NCBI RefSeq assembly: GCF_004010195.1
Contig: NC_057720.1
Location: 26,445,371 to 26,483,674, forward strand
DNA: 38,304 nt
Source of the DNA: Chiloscyllium plagiosum
Taxonomy: Eukaryota
Direction: 5' to 3'
This document shows, in pieces, positions 1-12,966 of this stretch (position 1 is its first letter; each line of letters begins with the position of its first letter). The notes beneath the pieces are model-generated. The model ran no database searches and had not been told where the DNA came from. It saw only the letters and a list, made by a program, of their open reading frames with translations. The position numbers were made by a program, and so were the translations under genes.

Positions 1-544
1 TTTTTTTTTGTCTAATTAACAAGATTGTTTGGGTTCACTCCACACCCACTCGACCCACATCACAATGGGGTGTGGCCCAGCACTGGCAGGCGTCAGTTCT
101 GTCTCAGGGCTCATAGTTTTCACAGGTGGGTCTGCTGTTCAGTAAGAGTTTTAAAAGTTTTACTGTTAAACTGTCACTTACTCTGAAAACTAAAGAATTC
201 CGAATTCTGCACACCAGCTGGTCCCGAGGGTTTCGAATAAAGGATTGTGTCCCTGTCATACCGACAACAGGATGGTGGACCAATGACAGGATTGTTGTTG
301 TTTCCCGAACAATATTTCAAAATACAACTCCACTTTCTTCAGGCACATTTTGCAGGTCATCATTTTCAGAAAATACCCTGAGTGTCCCACTTTCCCAATG
401 ACCCTTTACCAAAAGACTGTTGTGAGGAATATCTTGATAAATTGTGAAATATATTTGTGGGTGATAAAATCAAGTTGTGGGGAATGTACTTAAAATTTCT
501 GGTGTCTCGTTGTTTTCTAACTTGCCCATCAATTCTCAAAATAT

Positions 545-880
545 TAGATTAGATTAGGTTAGATTACTTTACAGCGCAGTACAGGCCCTTTGGCCCTTGA
601 TGTTGCGCCGATCCAAGCCCACCTAACCTATACTAACCCACTATCCTCCATATACCTATCCAATGCCCGCTTAAATGCCTATAAAGAGGGAGAGTCCACC
701 ACTGCTACTGGCAGGGCATTGTTGGACTCTCCCTCTTTATGGGCATTTAAGCGGGCATTGGTTAGGTATATGGAGGATAGTGGGTTAGTATAGGTTAGGT
801 GGGCTTGGATCGGCGCAACATCGAGGGCCAAAGGGCCTGTACTGCGCTGTATTCTTCTATGTTCTATGTTCTATGTTCTA
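545..880. repeat. Head-to-head pair of CR1 3' ends forming a long inverted repeat (arms 570-698 and 723-851)
   Basis: The arms are reverse complements with ~3 mismatches in 129 bp. The right arm ends in a CR1-type (TTCTATG)n tail; the left arm ends in a (TCTAA)n-type tail on the minus strand. Confidence 0.9.
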
Positions 881-899
881 TTAGTCTACTCTTGATCAT

Positions 900-1800
900 T
901 TGTGCAAGGTGTCAACAAACACTTAGCAAATAGGATTTGCTTTGCAAAATTCACTCACTAATGCCCAGTTTGGGTTCTATCTGGGTAACTTAGATGCGGA
1001 CTTCATGACAACCTTGGTTCAAACATGAATAAAAACACAGAATTCCAGTGGTGAAGTGAGAGCGACTGCCTTTGTCATCAAGGCAGCATTTGATCAAGTG
1101 TGAATTCAAGGGGCCCCTAGCAGAATTGGAACCAATGGGAAATCAGGCGGAAAGCTCTGCTGGTCAGTGTTATAGCTGGTACAAAATAACCTGTGATGGG
1201 ATACTCTCCCTTTGCCTGGATGACTGTAACTCCAACAGTACTCAAGTAGTTTGACACCATCTTTAAGAAAGCAGCCTACACACTGACAAACATCCCTTTC
1301 ATCCACTACTGATACTCAGCAGCAGCTGTGTTTCATCGACCAAGGCACTTTAGACAGCACCTTCCAAACCTACAACTATTACTATTTAGAAGAACACAGA
1401 CAGCAGATACATGGAAACATCACCACCTGCAATAACCCCTCCAAGCCACTCATCATCCTGATTTGTAAATACATCACCGTTTCTTCAGTGTAGCTGGGAC
1501 AACATCCTGCAACTCCTTCCTTAATCAAAACCTGCAACCCATTCTAAAAGATGAAAGACTTAACAGCAATCTACGTTTGTTCAATACATCACATCAGTTG
1601 CATGATACTATGATCTTTTGTATCCTATGATCCTACAAATTCTGTATCCTATGATCCTACTCCACAACCACCTGATGAAGGAGCAGCGCTCCAAAAACTT
1701 GTACTTCCAAACAAACCTGTTGGACTATAACCTGATGTTGTGTGATTTTTAACTCTCACCTTAATGGCATTGTGGATATACCTACACTAAAAAGCACTGG
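900..1800 (+). mobile_element. Decayed CR1/L2-group LINE fragment (RT plus 3' region), interrupted by a PLE end
   Basis: Degenerate translation AQFGF...LVQT...NSSGEVRATAFVIKAAFDQV matches the non-LTR RT motif QFGFR...ALDIKAAFDRV. It has stops and frameshifts. Confidence 0.75.
1526..1750 (+). mobile_element. Penelope-like element 3' end (pLTR) with degenerate hammerhead motif at 1669-1703
   Basis: CACCTGATGAAGGAGCAGCGCTCC...AAACCTGTTGGACTATAACCTG is shared with the copies at 16067, 18617 and 34047. It is flanked by imperfect duplication AACTCCTTCCTTAAT (1511-1525) / AACTCTCACCTTAAT (1751-1765). Confidence 0.75.
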
Positions 1801-2702
1801 AGTTCCAGGATTTTGATCCTACAACAGTGGTGGGAATGATGGCAAAATTCCATGTAAGGCTGCTGTGCAGCATAAAGGGGTACTTGCAGATGGTGGGCAT
1901 TCCATGCACATGCTACCCTTGTCCTTCGAGTTCCCCAGGTTATGGGTTTGGGAGGAACTGTCTATGGAACTTTAGTGAACTGCATCTTCTACCTCATTTT
2001 TCATTTTAATGACTCCTTGAAACCTATCATGCTGACCAAGATCTTTGTCATCTTCCCTAGTCTATCCTTAAATAGCTCGGTGCCATTTTTTCTTCATAAT
2101 AGCTCAATAAACTGTCTTGGGATAGTTTATGATGTTAAAGGTGCTAAAGAGAAATAGCTTGTTATCATTGTTGTTGATACTCTTATTATGTCTTTGATTA
2201 TACTGTGCAAGCTGAACTGGCACAATGACAATAACAGGTTGTCTCCATCATTAATCTATTGATAATATTAATACACCATCTGCCATCCAGCATAGCAGTG
2301 ATGACAACCAGATCTCCTCAGAGATTGTGGATGCCTACCACAATAAAAATATTGGAACATCCCCATTGCTACTTTCCAAACCTGACATCATGGTGAATCC
2401 CTCATAAGTCACCCTCGAGTTACGTAAGGGGTTTGCCTTCAACAGTGAAGGTAAATATCTATTTTCACCTTCCCATAGACCTATCAAAATAAGACACTTT
2501 TCTCAGTACATCTTCACTCAGGGCAAAAGGTTTCCTCGCTTCATTAGACATAGTAAAATTATAAAGCTTTTCATTAATCATTTTGCTCAACCAAAGGAAT
2601 ATAAGAATACTCCTCCTCGCTTTAATTTTTCTTGATGTAACAAACAATTGCAAGTCAACAAAACTATGTTTAACACTGTGAAATGATCAAGATCTTTCTA
2701 GT

Positions 2703-3175
2703 AAGATTTAGAAAGATGTTGCCTGAGTTGGAGGATTTGAGCTATAGGGACAGGCTGAATAGACTGGGGCTTTTTCCCTGGAACATCAGAGGCTGAGAGG
2801 TGACCTCTCAGGGCTGAGAGGTTTATAAAATCATGAGGGGCATGGATTGGATAAATAGACAAAGTCTCTTCCCTGGGGTGCGGGAGTCCAGAACTAGAGG
2901 GCATAGGTTTAGAATGAGAGGGAAAAGTTATAAAAAAGACCTAAAGGGCAACTTTTTCACACAGAGACTTGTGTGGAATGAGATGCCAGAGGAAGTGGTG
3001 GAGGCTAGTACAATTGCAACATTTAAAAGGCATCTGGATGGGTATATGAATAGGAAGGGTTTTGAGGGATATGAGCCGGGTGCTGGCAAGTGGGACTAGA
3101 TTGGGTTGGGATATCTGGTCGGCATGGACGGGTTGGATTGAAGGGTCTGTTTCCATGCTGTACATCTCTATGACT
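2703..3175 (+). mobile_element. 5'-truncated CR1 (HER1-like) LINE 3' end
   Basis: ORF2 C-terminus (YKIMRGMD..NRQSLFP..ESRTRGHRF...GNFFTQR.VWNE.P) and CTCTATGACT tail. Near-identical to 4981-5750 and 26502-27559. Confidence 0.93.
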
Positions 3176-4494
3176 GTAGTAAATGTATTGTTTTTTTAAT
3201 TTAGCCCTCTATCTTCTTAATTTATGCATGTACAAAATGACTTGACATGTACCAGGTAAAATAATCAATTTCTATTTAACTTATATTTGTTATAAGTTGC
3301 TATTGTTTAATGTCTGAAACAATATTCATTGCAACTAGTTCATAAAACTTTTATGCGCACTTTATCACGTCATCATATTAATAGTAATGAAGTCTCATAG
3401 TCCAATAAATCACAACACTTTCACACTCTGAATAATACGTCGGTTAGATTTGTGTGAATGTATGTCAGATATATTATTAGGTGTTTGCACAGTAGCGCAG
3501 ACATAGGTCTTTCTTTCAAACAATGTTGATAAAGTATAGATTGGATGCCACTAAGATCTGCACAATTCAATAGATCTATATCATAATAGGTCATTGCTTG
3601 GCGGTGCATGGAATCAAGTCTGATTAAGAAAAATTAACTTTTATGTTCATTATGCCAACAGGAAAATGTTAGCAAAAGGGGTTTGAAATATTGGAAATGT
3701 ACAAGTACAGGAGAAGAGTTTTGAAATCTAACTAGCCAGTCCAAGAATTCAGAAATTATCATTTCTCATATCATTCATTTTTTAAAATTCTACCAATTTC
3801 CTCTTCAGTTGTTTAAGCCGACAATCTCGTGAATTTACTAAGATTATCAAGCCCCAGCACGTCCCTTGGCAGTCTGTTCCATACATTCAGAAATTAGCTA
3901 AATTTAAGCACTCCTTCTAAGTTTTGAGATGATACCCTCTCATTGTTGATTCTGTGATGCTGTTAAGCATATTAATGTTTGTCATGTCTATACCCTTAGA
4001 GGTTGAAATTACTCAAGTGTTATCATTAACGAGGTGGCTAATGCACTCTCATAAAATTGCTACATGCGGTATTTTAATTACACCTAATGACTTTGTAAAA
4101 ATAGTGACATAAGGACTTAACAAGTTAATTAAACAAATTTTTATAGATAGTATAAAGGTAATTTGCACCCCAAGATAGGCGTTCTTTTGTAAGTGTAAAA
4201 TGGCCACTAATTATACCAAAAATTGCAAGATCACGGTAGTATTTTACAAACCATCATTTTATAACATTTCTCATCTTTTGTCATTGTGTTCGCTTGGTAT
4301 CATTAGCTTCATCCCTTGTTCATATGCAATGTTTTTTTTCTTACATCTTCAAGGATGCTATTCATAGAATAAAACCATTATTGCAAGGGTGAGTGTTCCA
4401 GTGGCAGAACAAGTAATAAACAGGATGTCCACTTGGAGGCAGAATGGCTAGCCATAGCATTCGTACAGTGGCCAGCCAATTGGCAATGGACAGT

Positions 4495-6895
4495 TAGAGT
4501 CATAGAGTCATCCAGCACGCAGACAGACCCTTTGGCCCAAACTGGTCCATGCCGACCAAAATGTCTGTCCACGTTAACCTCATTTCCTTGCACTGGACCC
4601 ATAGCCTTCTAAACATCTCCTATCCTGTATTTGTCCAAATGCCTCTTAAATGTCTCAACCACTTCCGCTGACAACTCATTCCATATGTGTACCACCTTCC
4701 AAGTAAAAACGTTGCCCCTCTAGTCTGCGATTCCCCAACTCTGGGAAAAAGACTAAGTGCGTCCACCCTATCCATGCCTCTCATGATCTTATACACCTCT
4801 ATAAGGTCCCGCCTCAGTCTCATATGCTCTAAAGAAAAAAGTCTTAGTTTGTCCAACCTTTCGCTATAACTCATTCCATTGAGTCCAGGCAGCAGCTTTG
4901 TAAATTTCTTCTGCGCTCTTTCCAGTTTAATAACATCCTTCCTCGAACAAGGTAACCAAAACTGAAGCAATACTCCAAATCATTTTGGGAAAGCAAATCT
5001 TAGCAGGACTTATACACTTAATGGTAAGGTCCTCAGGAGTGTTGCTGAACAAAGAGACCTTGGAGTGCAGGTTCATAGCTCCTTGAAAGTGAAGTTGCAG
5101 GTAGATAGGATAGTGAAGAAGGCTTTCCTTTATTGGTCAGAGTATTGAGAACAGGAGTTGGAAGGTCATGTTACGGCTGTACAGGACATTGGTTAGGCCA
5201 CTGTTGGAATATTGTGTGCAATTCTGGTCTTCTTCCTATCAGAAAGATGTTGTGAAACTTGGAAGGGTTCAGAAAAGGTTGACAAGGATGTTGCCAGGGT
5301 TGGAGGATTTGAGCTACAGTGAGAGGCTGAAGAGGCTGGGGCTGTTTTCCCTGGAGCATCGGAGGCTGAGGGGTGACCTTATAGAGGTTTATAAAATTAT
5401 GAGAGGCATGGATAGGATAAATAGACAAAGTCTTTTCCCTGGGGTCAGGGAGTCCAGAACTAGAGGGCATAGGTTTAGGGTGAGAGGGGAAAGATATAAA
5501 AGAGACCTAAGGGGCAACATTTTCATACTGAAGGTGGTATAGAATGAGCTGCCAGAGGATGTGGTGGAGGCTGGTACAATTGCAACATTTAAAAGGCATT
5601 TGGATGCTTATATAAATAGGAAAGGTTTGGAGGGATATGGGCCGGGTGCTGGCAGGTGGAACTAGATTGGGTTGGGATATCTGTTCGGCATGGACAGCTT
5701 GGACCGAAGGGTCTGTTTCCATGCTGTACACCTCTATGACTCTATGACTCTAAGTGCGGCCTCACCAAAGTCCTGTATAACTGCAACATAACTTCCCAAC
5801 TTCTGTACTCAATGCCATAAATGATAAAGACCAATGTGCCAAAAGCCTTCTTCACTGCCCTGTCTACCTGTGACTCCATTTTCAAAGAACTGTGAAACTG
5901 AATTCCAAGGTCCCTCTGTTCCACAACACTCCTTAAGGCCCTACAATTCATGATGAAATTCCTACCTTGATTTGACTTTCCAAAATGCAAGACCTCACAC
6001 TTATCTATATTAAGCTCCATTTGCCATTTCTTGACTCACTTTCCCAGCTGATCAAAGTCCTGCTGGAATTTCTGATAACCTTCCTTACTGTCCATGATAC
6101 TGCTTATTTTAGTGTCATCCGCAAACTTACATGCCTTGTGCATTCTCATCTAAATCATTGATATAGATAACAAACAGTAATGGGCTCAGCACTGACCCCT
6201 GAGGCACTCCACTAGTCACAGGCCTCCAATCTGGCAAGCATCTTTCCACTATTACACCCTGCTTCCTACCATCAAGCCAATTTTGAATCCAATTTGCTGG
6301 CTCGCCCTGGATTTCATGTGATCTAACCTTTCAGAGCAGCCTCCCACGTGGAACTTTATCAAAGGCCTTTCTGAAATCCATATAGACTACATCTACCACC
6401 CTGCCATTGTCAATCTTCCTTGTCACTTCATCAAAGAATTTGTAAGGCATGATCGTCCACTCATAAAGCCATGCTGAAGACTCCTAATGAAACCCTGTCT
6501 TTCCAAATGCATGTATACCTTCTTCCTCACAATCTTCTTAAGTAACCTACCCACCACAGATGTTAAGCTTACTGGTCTATAGTTTGCAGGTTTTTCTTTA
6601 TAGCCTTCCTTGAATAATGGTGCAATGTTCGCTATCCACTCCCCACCCCCCCCCAACATCCCACCCAAAAGTCTTCAGAGACCTCACCCGTGGCTAACAA
6701 TGATACAAAAATATCATCCAGGGCCCTGCAATTTCTTACCTAGATTCCTGCGGTGTTCTTGGATATATCTGGTCAGGACCAGGAGATTTATCCACCTTCC
6801 TACATTCTAATACATCCAACACCTCCTCTACTGTGATGTAGACTGCCCCCAAGACATCGCCACTAACTTCCCAAGTTCCCAAGTCTTCATGTCTT
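4495..6895 (-). mobile_element. 5'-truncated CR1 LINE (~1.6 kb) split by a nested CR1 at 4981-5750
   Basis: Minus-strand RT motifs KSPGPDQIYPR, ANYRPVSLTSVVG, QHGF..GRSCLTN, LYRTLVRPHLE. (CTATGACT)n tail at 4495-4510. The reading register continues across the insert (TACTCCAA...TAAGTGCGGCC). Confidence 0.92.
4981..5750 (+). mobile_element. Younger HER1-like CR1 nested in opposite orientation
   Basis: ORF 5168-5542 LYRTLVRPLLEYCVQFWS...RGDLIEVYKIMRG. Tail CTCTATGACTCTATGACTC. ACTCCAA/ACTCTAA at the junctions. Confidence 0.93.
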
Positions 6896-7324
6896 GATAG
6901 AGAGATACAACTTTTCAACCAGCTGACAACTTCTACAACATAGCAAAAGGCCAATTGAAATCACACAGTGTCTGATCTGGAAGTAGTTGATGGTGCCCTC
7001 AAATGGCACAATGCAAGGAAAAGAGAGAGCATTCACTGGAGCATTAAGTTGCAAAATTGCAGAGTTAATGTCAAAGCAGCATTACACATTACCAGCTCAT
7101 CAGAATCTGGGCAAGTGAATATTTTCAGTGGAAACTCTCTGTGCTTATCCTCACACAATAGTGTCACATGCAGGACGCATCAGCGAGGAATGGTCACAGT
7201 GAATGTAAAATGTAGAGCTGAATAAAATGCATTCACGTTTTGCAGCCTGTAGTTGTCATGTTTGCAGTTAGATGGAAAAGACTTAATAAATGTTATTGTC
7301 TATGCAGAGGGTCACAGAATCATT

Positions 7325-7710
7325 TGCAACATGGAAGATTTCCTTTCAGCCCATCAAGTTAATGTTGGCTCTCATGGAGCATTTCAGTCAGTCCCATCCC
7401 ACCACTTTATCCTCTATAGCTCTGAGTTAATTTCCTTCAAGCACTCATTCCATTTGCTTTCAAAATCATTGACTATCTTTTCTTCCATTTGTTGCCAAAA
7501 CCTTAAATTTGAAATCCTTGTACAATCATCTAATCGGAATTTTTTCCTCATCTATCCAATCCAAGTTTGTCATAATTTTGCACATTGTTATCCATGTCCC
7601 ATCAATCTGCTTTGTTCCAAGGAGAACAATGAGGCTTCTCCAACTTAACCTCTGAGTTAAAATTCCCCATTCCTCAAAGCATTCCAGTAAATCGCCTTTG
7701 CACTCCTCAT
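7325..7710 (-). mobile_element. Old CR1 3' fragment
   Basis: Degenerate similarity to CR1 ORF2 C-terminus (CKIMTNLDWIDEEK) and 3' UTR. Confidence 0.55.
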
Positions 7711-8388
7711 TTTTGAACAGTACTTCAGACATAGCAATGTTTGTGTGCATGCAGATTTCTGTACATATTTTAGTTAATTGCCATGAGCCCATTTAATCAA
7801 GGATCCACAAGGTATTCCCATAATTAATGCTTCACATACAGTGAGCATAGCTCCCTTATTACTTACAGTTCGAACATTTTTGACCGCAATAAACAATGTT
7901 TTACCTTATTTTATCTTCCATGCAACCAAACTGTACATGCTTTATTCCTTGCATCTTTAGAGCTAGCAATATTAAGCAGCTCAGAGTCAATTTGCGCTAC
8001 ATCAGTCAAACTGCCGATGCTTTGTCAACATTACATAGAACTAACATGTTCGCATTTTTCACTTCTTTTCTCAACTATTTCTGTCATGGATTTTCTCTGA
8101 CAATTTCTCTTGTCTCCACATACTTTCTTGGAGCTATCAGCTCCTTGATGGAATTTAGATCCTAAAGCATGAGACACCTCAACTGTCTTTTGAGAAAGTA
8201 GTCATTCTGAAAGGGAGTTCCACCTAAGTTCCACCTGATCTGATAACATCTTAATATCAATGTTTAACTTATTAAAATAATTTGTATCTGATTGTTATCC
8301 TGCAATAAACGACATCTTGTTTAAGACAAGAGCCTCTTCTCATTAAGACTCAGCAAAGGTTTTCCTCTTGCCACTATAAAGCCAACAA

Positions 8389-8683
8389 GGGGAGGCAATG
8401 GCATAGTGCTATTGTTGCTGAACTATTCATCCAGAGACCTGGCAAGATTCTGGAGACCAGGGCTCGAATCCTGCTGCGGCAGTTGGTGGAATGTGCATCT
8501 AATTTTTTTTTAAATCTGGAATGATGGTCATGAATTGATTGTCCATTGGCAGGGGAAAAATCTTTAGGAAGAAACTACTGTCTCATTGGTCTGGCCTACA
8601 CATGACTCCAGACCACAGCAATCATCCATCCTCTGGGCAATAAATCCAGCATTGCCCTCATCCTGTGAATGACTAAAAGAAAA
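8389..8683 (+). mobile_element. tRNA-derived SINE (central block resembles the MetaSINE domain)
   Basis: A-box-like TGGCATAGTG and B-box-like GGCTCGAATCC. Central TGGTCTGGCCTACACATGACTCCAGACC and LINE-like tail GGGCAATAAAT...TGAATGA. Related to 29955-30175. Confidence 0.65.
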
Positions 8684-9064
8684 GCTAGGCCTTTAAACCC
8701 AGTCAAGGAGAGAGGATATGGACAGCTAACTACCCCAACCACAAATTAGCAATAGTGGCATCATTTTCATTCTACATGAACCTGGTCAAGTGCTAACAAT
8801 CAATTTAGGGTACAGAGGGTGTTAAAGCCAATGCCAATTCTGTCTTTAATAACTGTTCACATTACGTCCAACATCGCTGACTGAATTCTCATTAATGGGA
8901 ATTCTATGTAGTGTTCACTTCCCTGAAGATAAATCAAAACATTCTTATCACAGGCATTGTCAGACTCAGTGATCTAGCACAGTGCTATCTTTGAAGCCAG
9001 AATCCTTCAGTTATGTTCCATACAGCTATTCACTGAATAGACATTTTGAACACTTTTGAAACTT

Positions 9065-9500
9065 GTAGAATCTCAGAACTGTTTCAGCGCAGAAGATCAC
9101 TATTTGGTCCATCATGTCTGTTACTGCAGTTTGCAACAAAATCTCTCTATTCTCTTCAGTTCATTTTTGAAAGCTACAATTGAAACTGCCTCTACCACAC
9201 TCTGAGACCATGCATTCAAGATCCCAGCCACTTGTTCAGTAAAAAATGTTACAAAAACAAAAATTGAGGAAGGGTCACTCAATCTAAAATGCTAACTCTG
9301 ATTTCTTTCACAGATGCTGCCAGACCTGCTGAGCTTTTCCAGCAATTTCTGTTAATGTGTCTAATTTAAAGCATTCGTAGTGCTTTTTTTAAATTATTTT
9401 TTTCCTCATGTCACCTGTGTTTCTTTTATCAATATTTTAAACCAGTACCCTCTGGCTCTCAACCAATTTGCCAAAACCTATTCATATTTCTTTCCCTCAG
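9065..9500 (-). mobile_element. Old CR1 3' fragment interrupted by a PLE end at ~9250-9390
   Basis: CR1 tail and GCCTCTACCACACTC..CATTC motif. Insert GAGGAAGGGTCACTC...CACAGATGCTGCCAGACCTGCTGAGCTTTTCCAGCA is a PLE pLTR type. Confidence 0.6.
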
Positions 9501-9709
9501 AAACAGTGGATTATGTTGCCAATTTCAAATGGCCACTCTGCCAGCCATGGGTTTTCACCAGTTAGTAGCTAATATTTGACAAGCTTTCAACAGAAGAAAG
9601 CCTTATAAGAAGAGAGTTAGTCTCGCAATAATCTCAAAAAGGGAAAGTCAATATCAAACCAGATCTTGGGGCAAAAACAAAGCTTATAAACTCAACAAAA
9701 GCTCAAGTA

Positions 9710-9947
9710 CAGGTCGTTCTGCTACAACACAACAGTTGTGTTCCTCTGCAACCTCACAGTATAGAATATCGCGCTATGGAAAACCACTACATAAAATTGT
9801 GCAGAAAATCGCTATAGAAGATCACTAATAGAAAATTGCTCCAGTGGTTCAGTAAAACGTTTACACTATTCAAGCAACGTCCACAATGCATCAATTGCGT
9901 TATAACAATTCGCACTGACAAAATATGCGTTATAGCAGAACAACCTG
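9710..9947. mobile_element. Tc1/mariner-pogo (Tigger-like) MITE, 238 bp
   Basis: TIRs CAGGTCGTTCTGCTACAACAC / reverse complement CAGGTTGTTCTGCTATAACGC (18/21 match). TA on both sides (9708-9709, 9948-9949). Internal repeated CGCTAT(A/G)GAA motifs. Confidence 0.85.
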
Positions 9948-10734
9948 TAGACCAAATAAAAATGAAGGAAGTATAATAGGTATAATACAAAGGCAGAGCA
10001 GCTTGTGATGGCTTCACACTTGATCCCTCGAGCAGAGTTGAATGTGAAGTTCATGCCTGGAATAGCTGTCTCTCTCTCATTTCACAGAAATATTTTAATG
10101 GAAAGGCAACATACTCGAACAGACAGGCTTTAGATGTGAATAATCAATCATGTAACACTAGAATCGTTTTGCTGTTTTATTTTTTATAACCCCTCAATAC
10201 ATGTTATCACTCAGTCACACAGCTTTCTCCTCGACATTAAATCCCAATGCACCACAACTTTATCCAGACATCGAATTATTTATTTTGCCTGAACAAAGTA
10301 TAAAAGTGCAAAGTAATGCCCTGTCACAAGAGATTTTATTTTTAAAGAAGAGAATTTATTTGTAATATGAAACAGTTGCATGCATGTGTGCGGAAAGAAG
10401 GCAATACATTAGAAAGAGAGGAGGAAATCATTCCAAGGTTATAAATGGACTTCACTTGCTGTTAAAGGTTCTGCATGATCAGAATCATTGGTAGCAAATT
10501 CAGAATCAAAGAATTAAAAGATAATGAACACAAGTGTGCACTGAACTGTGGAATTGAGCAGAACCCAGAGCACTGACAGCTAAGATTGATGGTTTGTTTC
10601 CACCGGCAGCTTCTCATCAAATATTTACAAATCTGTACAATTATTTGACAAAACTATTTCACAAACTCAAATGGTCCATATCTCAAAATGCAATGCCAGA
10701 GTTCACCTTTCTAAATGGATCCTGATTAAGCTGG

Positions 10735-11100
10735 AGGTGGGTCACTTGGTAGAACTCTTTCCATGGAATCAAAATGTTTGTAGGTTCAAATCCTATCCCA
10801 GGACTCTCACACAAAAATGAAGCTTGACACATCAGTACAGTACTGCAACAGTTAAAGGTACCAACCTTTAGCTCAGCATTTCATCAAAGTCTGGTCTACC
10901 CTCTCAGGTGCACTGACAAGATCCCATGATGCTATTTCAAAGGAGTTGTCCATGGTGTCTTTGGTGATATTTTCCATTTCTTTGAACAGATCATTTGTTC
11001 ATTATTATATTGCTATTCGCAAACTGCACTTCATTAGATATGCAAATTGCTTTGAGACATTGAATGCCTGTCAAAGGTGCTAAATAAAGGCAGGTTTTCG
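10735..11100 (+). mobile_element. DeuSINE (SacSINE1/AmnSINE1-like), decayed
   Basis: tRNA-like head with GGTTCAAATCC. Deu-domain-like CCCTCTCAGGTG..AAGATCCCATG..CTATTTC. L2-type tail AAAGGTGCTAAATAAA. Confidence 0.7.
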
Positions 11101-11189
11101 TTTCTGCATTTTAGGTCTGTTGTTCTGTCATGATGTTGATTTTTAAATTCAATCTCAGGGTGTGGACATCACTGGTGATTTGCGAGGAA

Positions 11190-12960
11190 GCAAGAATGCT
11201 GTTTGGAATCTGGAATGCCCCTGCACCTTCATGAGTGATGGGTAAAGCTTTCAGTGACTTAAATTGCAGTCCTTCCTCGGGTATCTGGATGACTTACTCA
11301 CCCTCGGCTCAACATTCGAGAGGCCCTTAGCAAGACCAGACACTGGCTTGTCCAATTTAACATGGAAGTCGTAACAGAGACGTGCCAATTTTTCTGGACA
11401 ATAGTACAATACCTTGGGCCTTTCATTACCAGGAAAGGCATTACTCGGGATGATGAGAGGGTCTGTGCAGTAGAGCAGTGGCCCTACTGAAGATGGGAAA
11501 GAGGCTGTGGTGGGTTCCTTGGTCTCGCTGCTCACTAAAGGAGGTTTGTGTGAGACTCTGCATAGTTGGCTGCCCTACTCCAGGACTTGCTGAGGAAGCT
11601 ATAGAATGCTGAAGGAACGGTATGGAAATACTTCGCAGAGTATCACAGGGAGGTGGTCCCCAGCACTTCACAGGACTGAATGCATTCTCACATTCACAAA
11701 TGACCCCACCAAGTTCAAACAGGCAAATCCCACCTTTAACCAAAAGGCCTCAATAACAGCCACTGATTTTGTGTGTGGTTAGTTTGTTTGTTTCAGTCGG
11801 CCATGATAGATTCACAGTGACTGCCAGATTCTATAGGATCTTTGCAAGGTCTATGACATAGCCAAAAACCACACCACCCCTCGTCCAGAGGGTAATGGAC
11901 AGTACAAACATTTTAACCATACTCTGCCTAACTGTCTGTGCGCCATGCCTCCTGCGGGTAAATAAAACTGGCCAGGGCACCTTCTGGTTAGAGATAAAAC
12001 AGCTGCAGATGTTGGAATCCAAAGTAGATAAACACTGGTCAAGAAGGGTCCTGATAAAGGGTCTCGACCAGAAACGTCAACTTCTCCACCTCCCGATGCT
12101 CCTGCCTTCCTTGCTGTGTTCTTCCAGCCTCCTGGTTGTCTACCTCAGACACCTTCTAGAACTGAATTATGACAGTACTCAATTCTCAGGGACAGGCTAT
12201 TCTCCACATCGTCTCTTCTTTGGACAAGACCCAGTCCTTTCTGTGGACAATCTTCTTGGTCTCACCACATCTTCTGGTGGAGATGCCCAGGTTAACGAGT
12301 GTCACACAAGGCAAAGTCAGACAGATGAGAAGGATAGAGAGAGAAGAGAAACATCAATGGTCAAACTCTTGACAAGACTGACCTTTCAATCAGCACAAGG
12401 GGATTCCACTGAAATAGGAATTCCAGTGATGGAATGAGGTACAGGATGTGTGGAATTTTGATTCGCACAGAGTCATCAAGTTGCTGGATTCAGGTAGCCA
12501 CACGTATGTTGGTGAACCAAAAGCCTGGGGGCACCCTCAGAAAGTGGCTCACATACATTAGCTGCTTGAGGCCAGACATTTGGTGGATGGTGTGGAGGCA
12601 AGCAACTCATTCGGCAGTAATGCAGAACCTGCAGCGTCGTGCATGAAGGGTGAAATGGAGTTAGATAGTGATGAGGAATCGTGGAGTGACCTGTGTGCCA
12701 TGAATCGGGGGTGCATTCCAAATGGGAAGGCCTATTCCCACTCTGAAAACCAGCACAGGGTGCATTGGTCAAGAGGTAGCAGCTGAAGAAACAAGTGCTA
12801 TCAATCCATGACTCCCAGAGACCTGAACAGCTAAGATCCCAATATGGGTGATCCGCCACAGATGCTAGATCCCTGGGAAAGCACCAGTGTAGATAAGAGG
12901 CTGAAAAGATCTACTCAAGCAAATGCTGGGTTTGATCTCAATGCTACCATATGCCCAGAT
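11190..12960 (+). mobile_element. Decayed Gypsy/Ty3 pol (RT and integrase remnants)
   Basis: RMLFGIWNAPA (~11193), YLDDLL (11282), CQFF..VQYLG, integrase HTTP-RPEGNGQ..FNHTL and TGYSPHRLFFGQDPVLSVDNLLG. Many frameshifts and deletions. Confidence 0.85.
11988..12145. mobile_element. PLE-derived fold-back insert within Gypsy integrase
   Basis: Degenerate hammerhead CTGATAAAGGGTCTCGACCAGAAACGTC at ~12051-12078. CACCTTCT is duplicated at 11978-11985 and 12150-12157. Confidence 0.7.
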
Positions 12961-12966
12961 CGGGGA

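Noticed and set aside
2255..2653. Long near-open frames on both strands
   Set aside because: Interrupted by stops, with no recognisable motif or convincing splice pair.
6636..6666. C-rich run as a functional G-quadruplex
   Set aside because: A low-complexity insert inside a dead CR1, with no supporting context.
7940..8161. Possible minus-strand terminal exon (TTTAG acceptor, stop, AATAAA)
   Set aside because: Weak pyrimidine tract and unrecognised peptide. The long frame does not match the phase of the 16587 candidate exon.
11895..12437. 180-aa ORF as a host gene
   Set aside because: Chance read-through from a PLE insert into a Gypsy integrase remnant.
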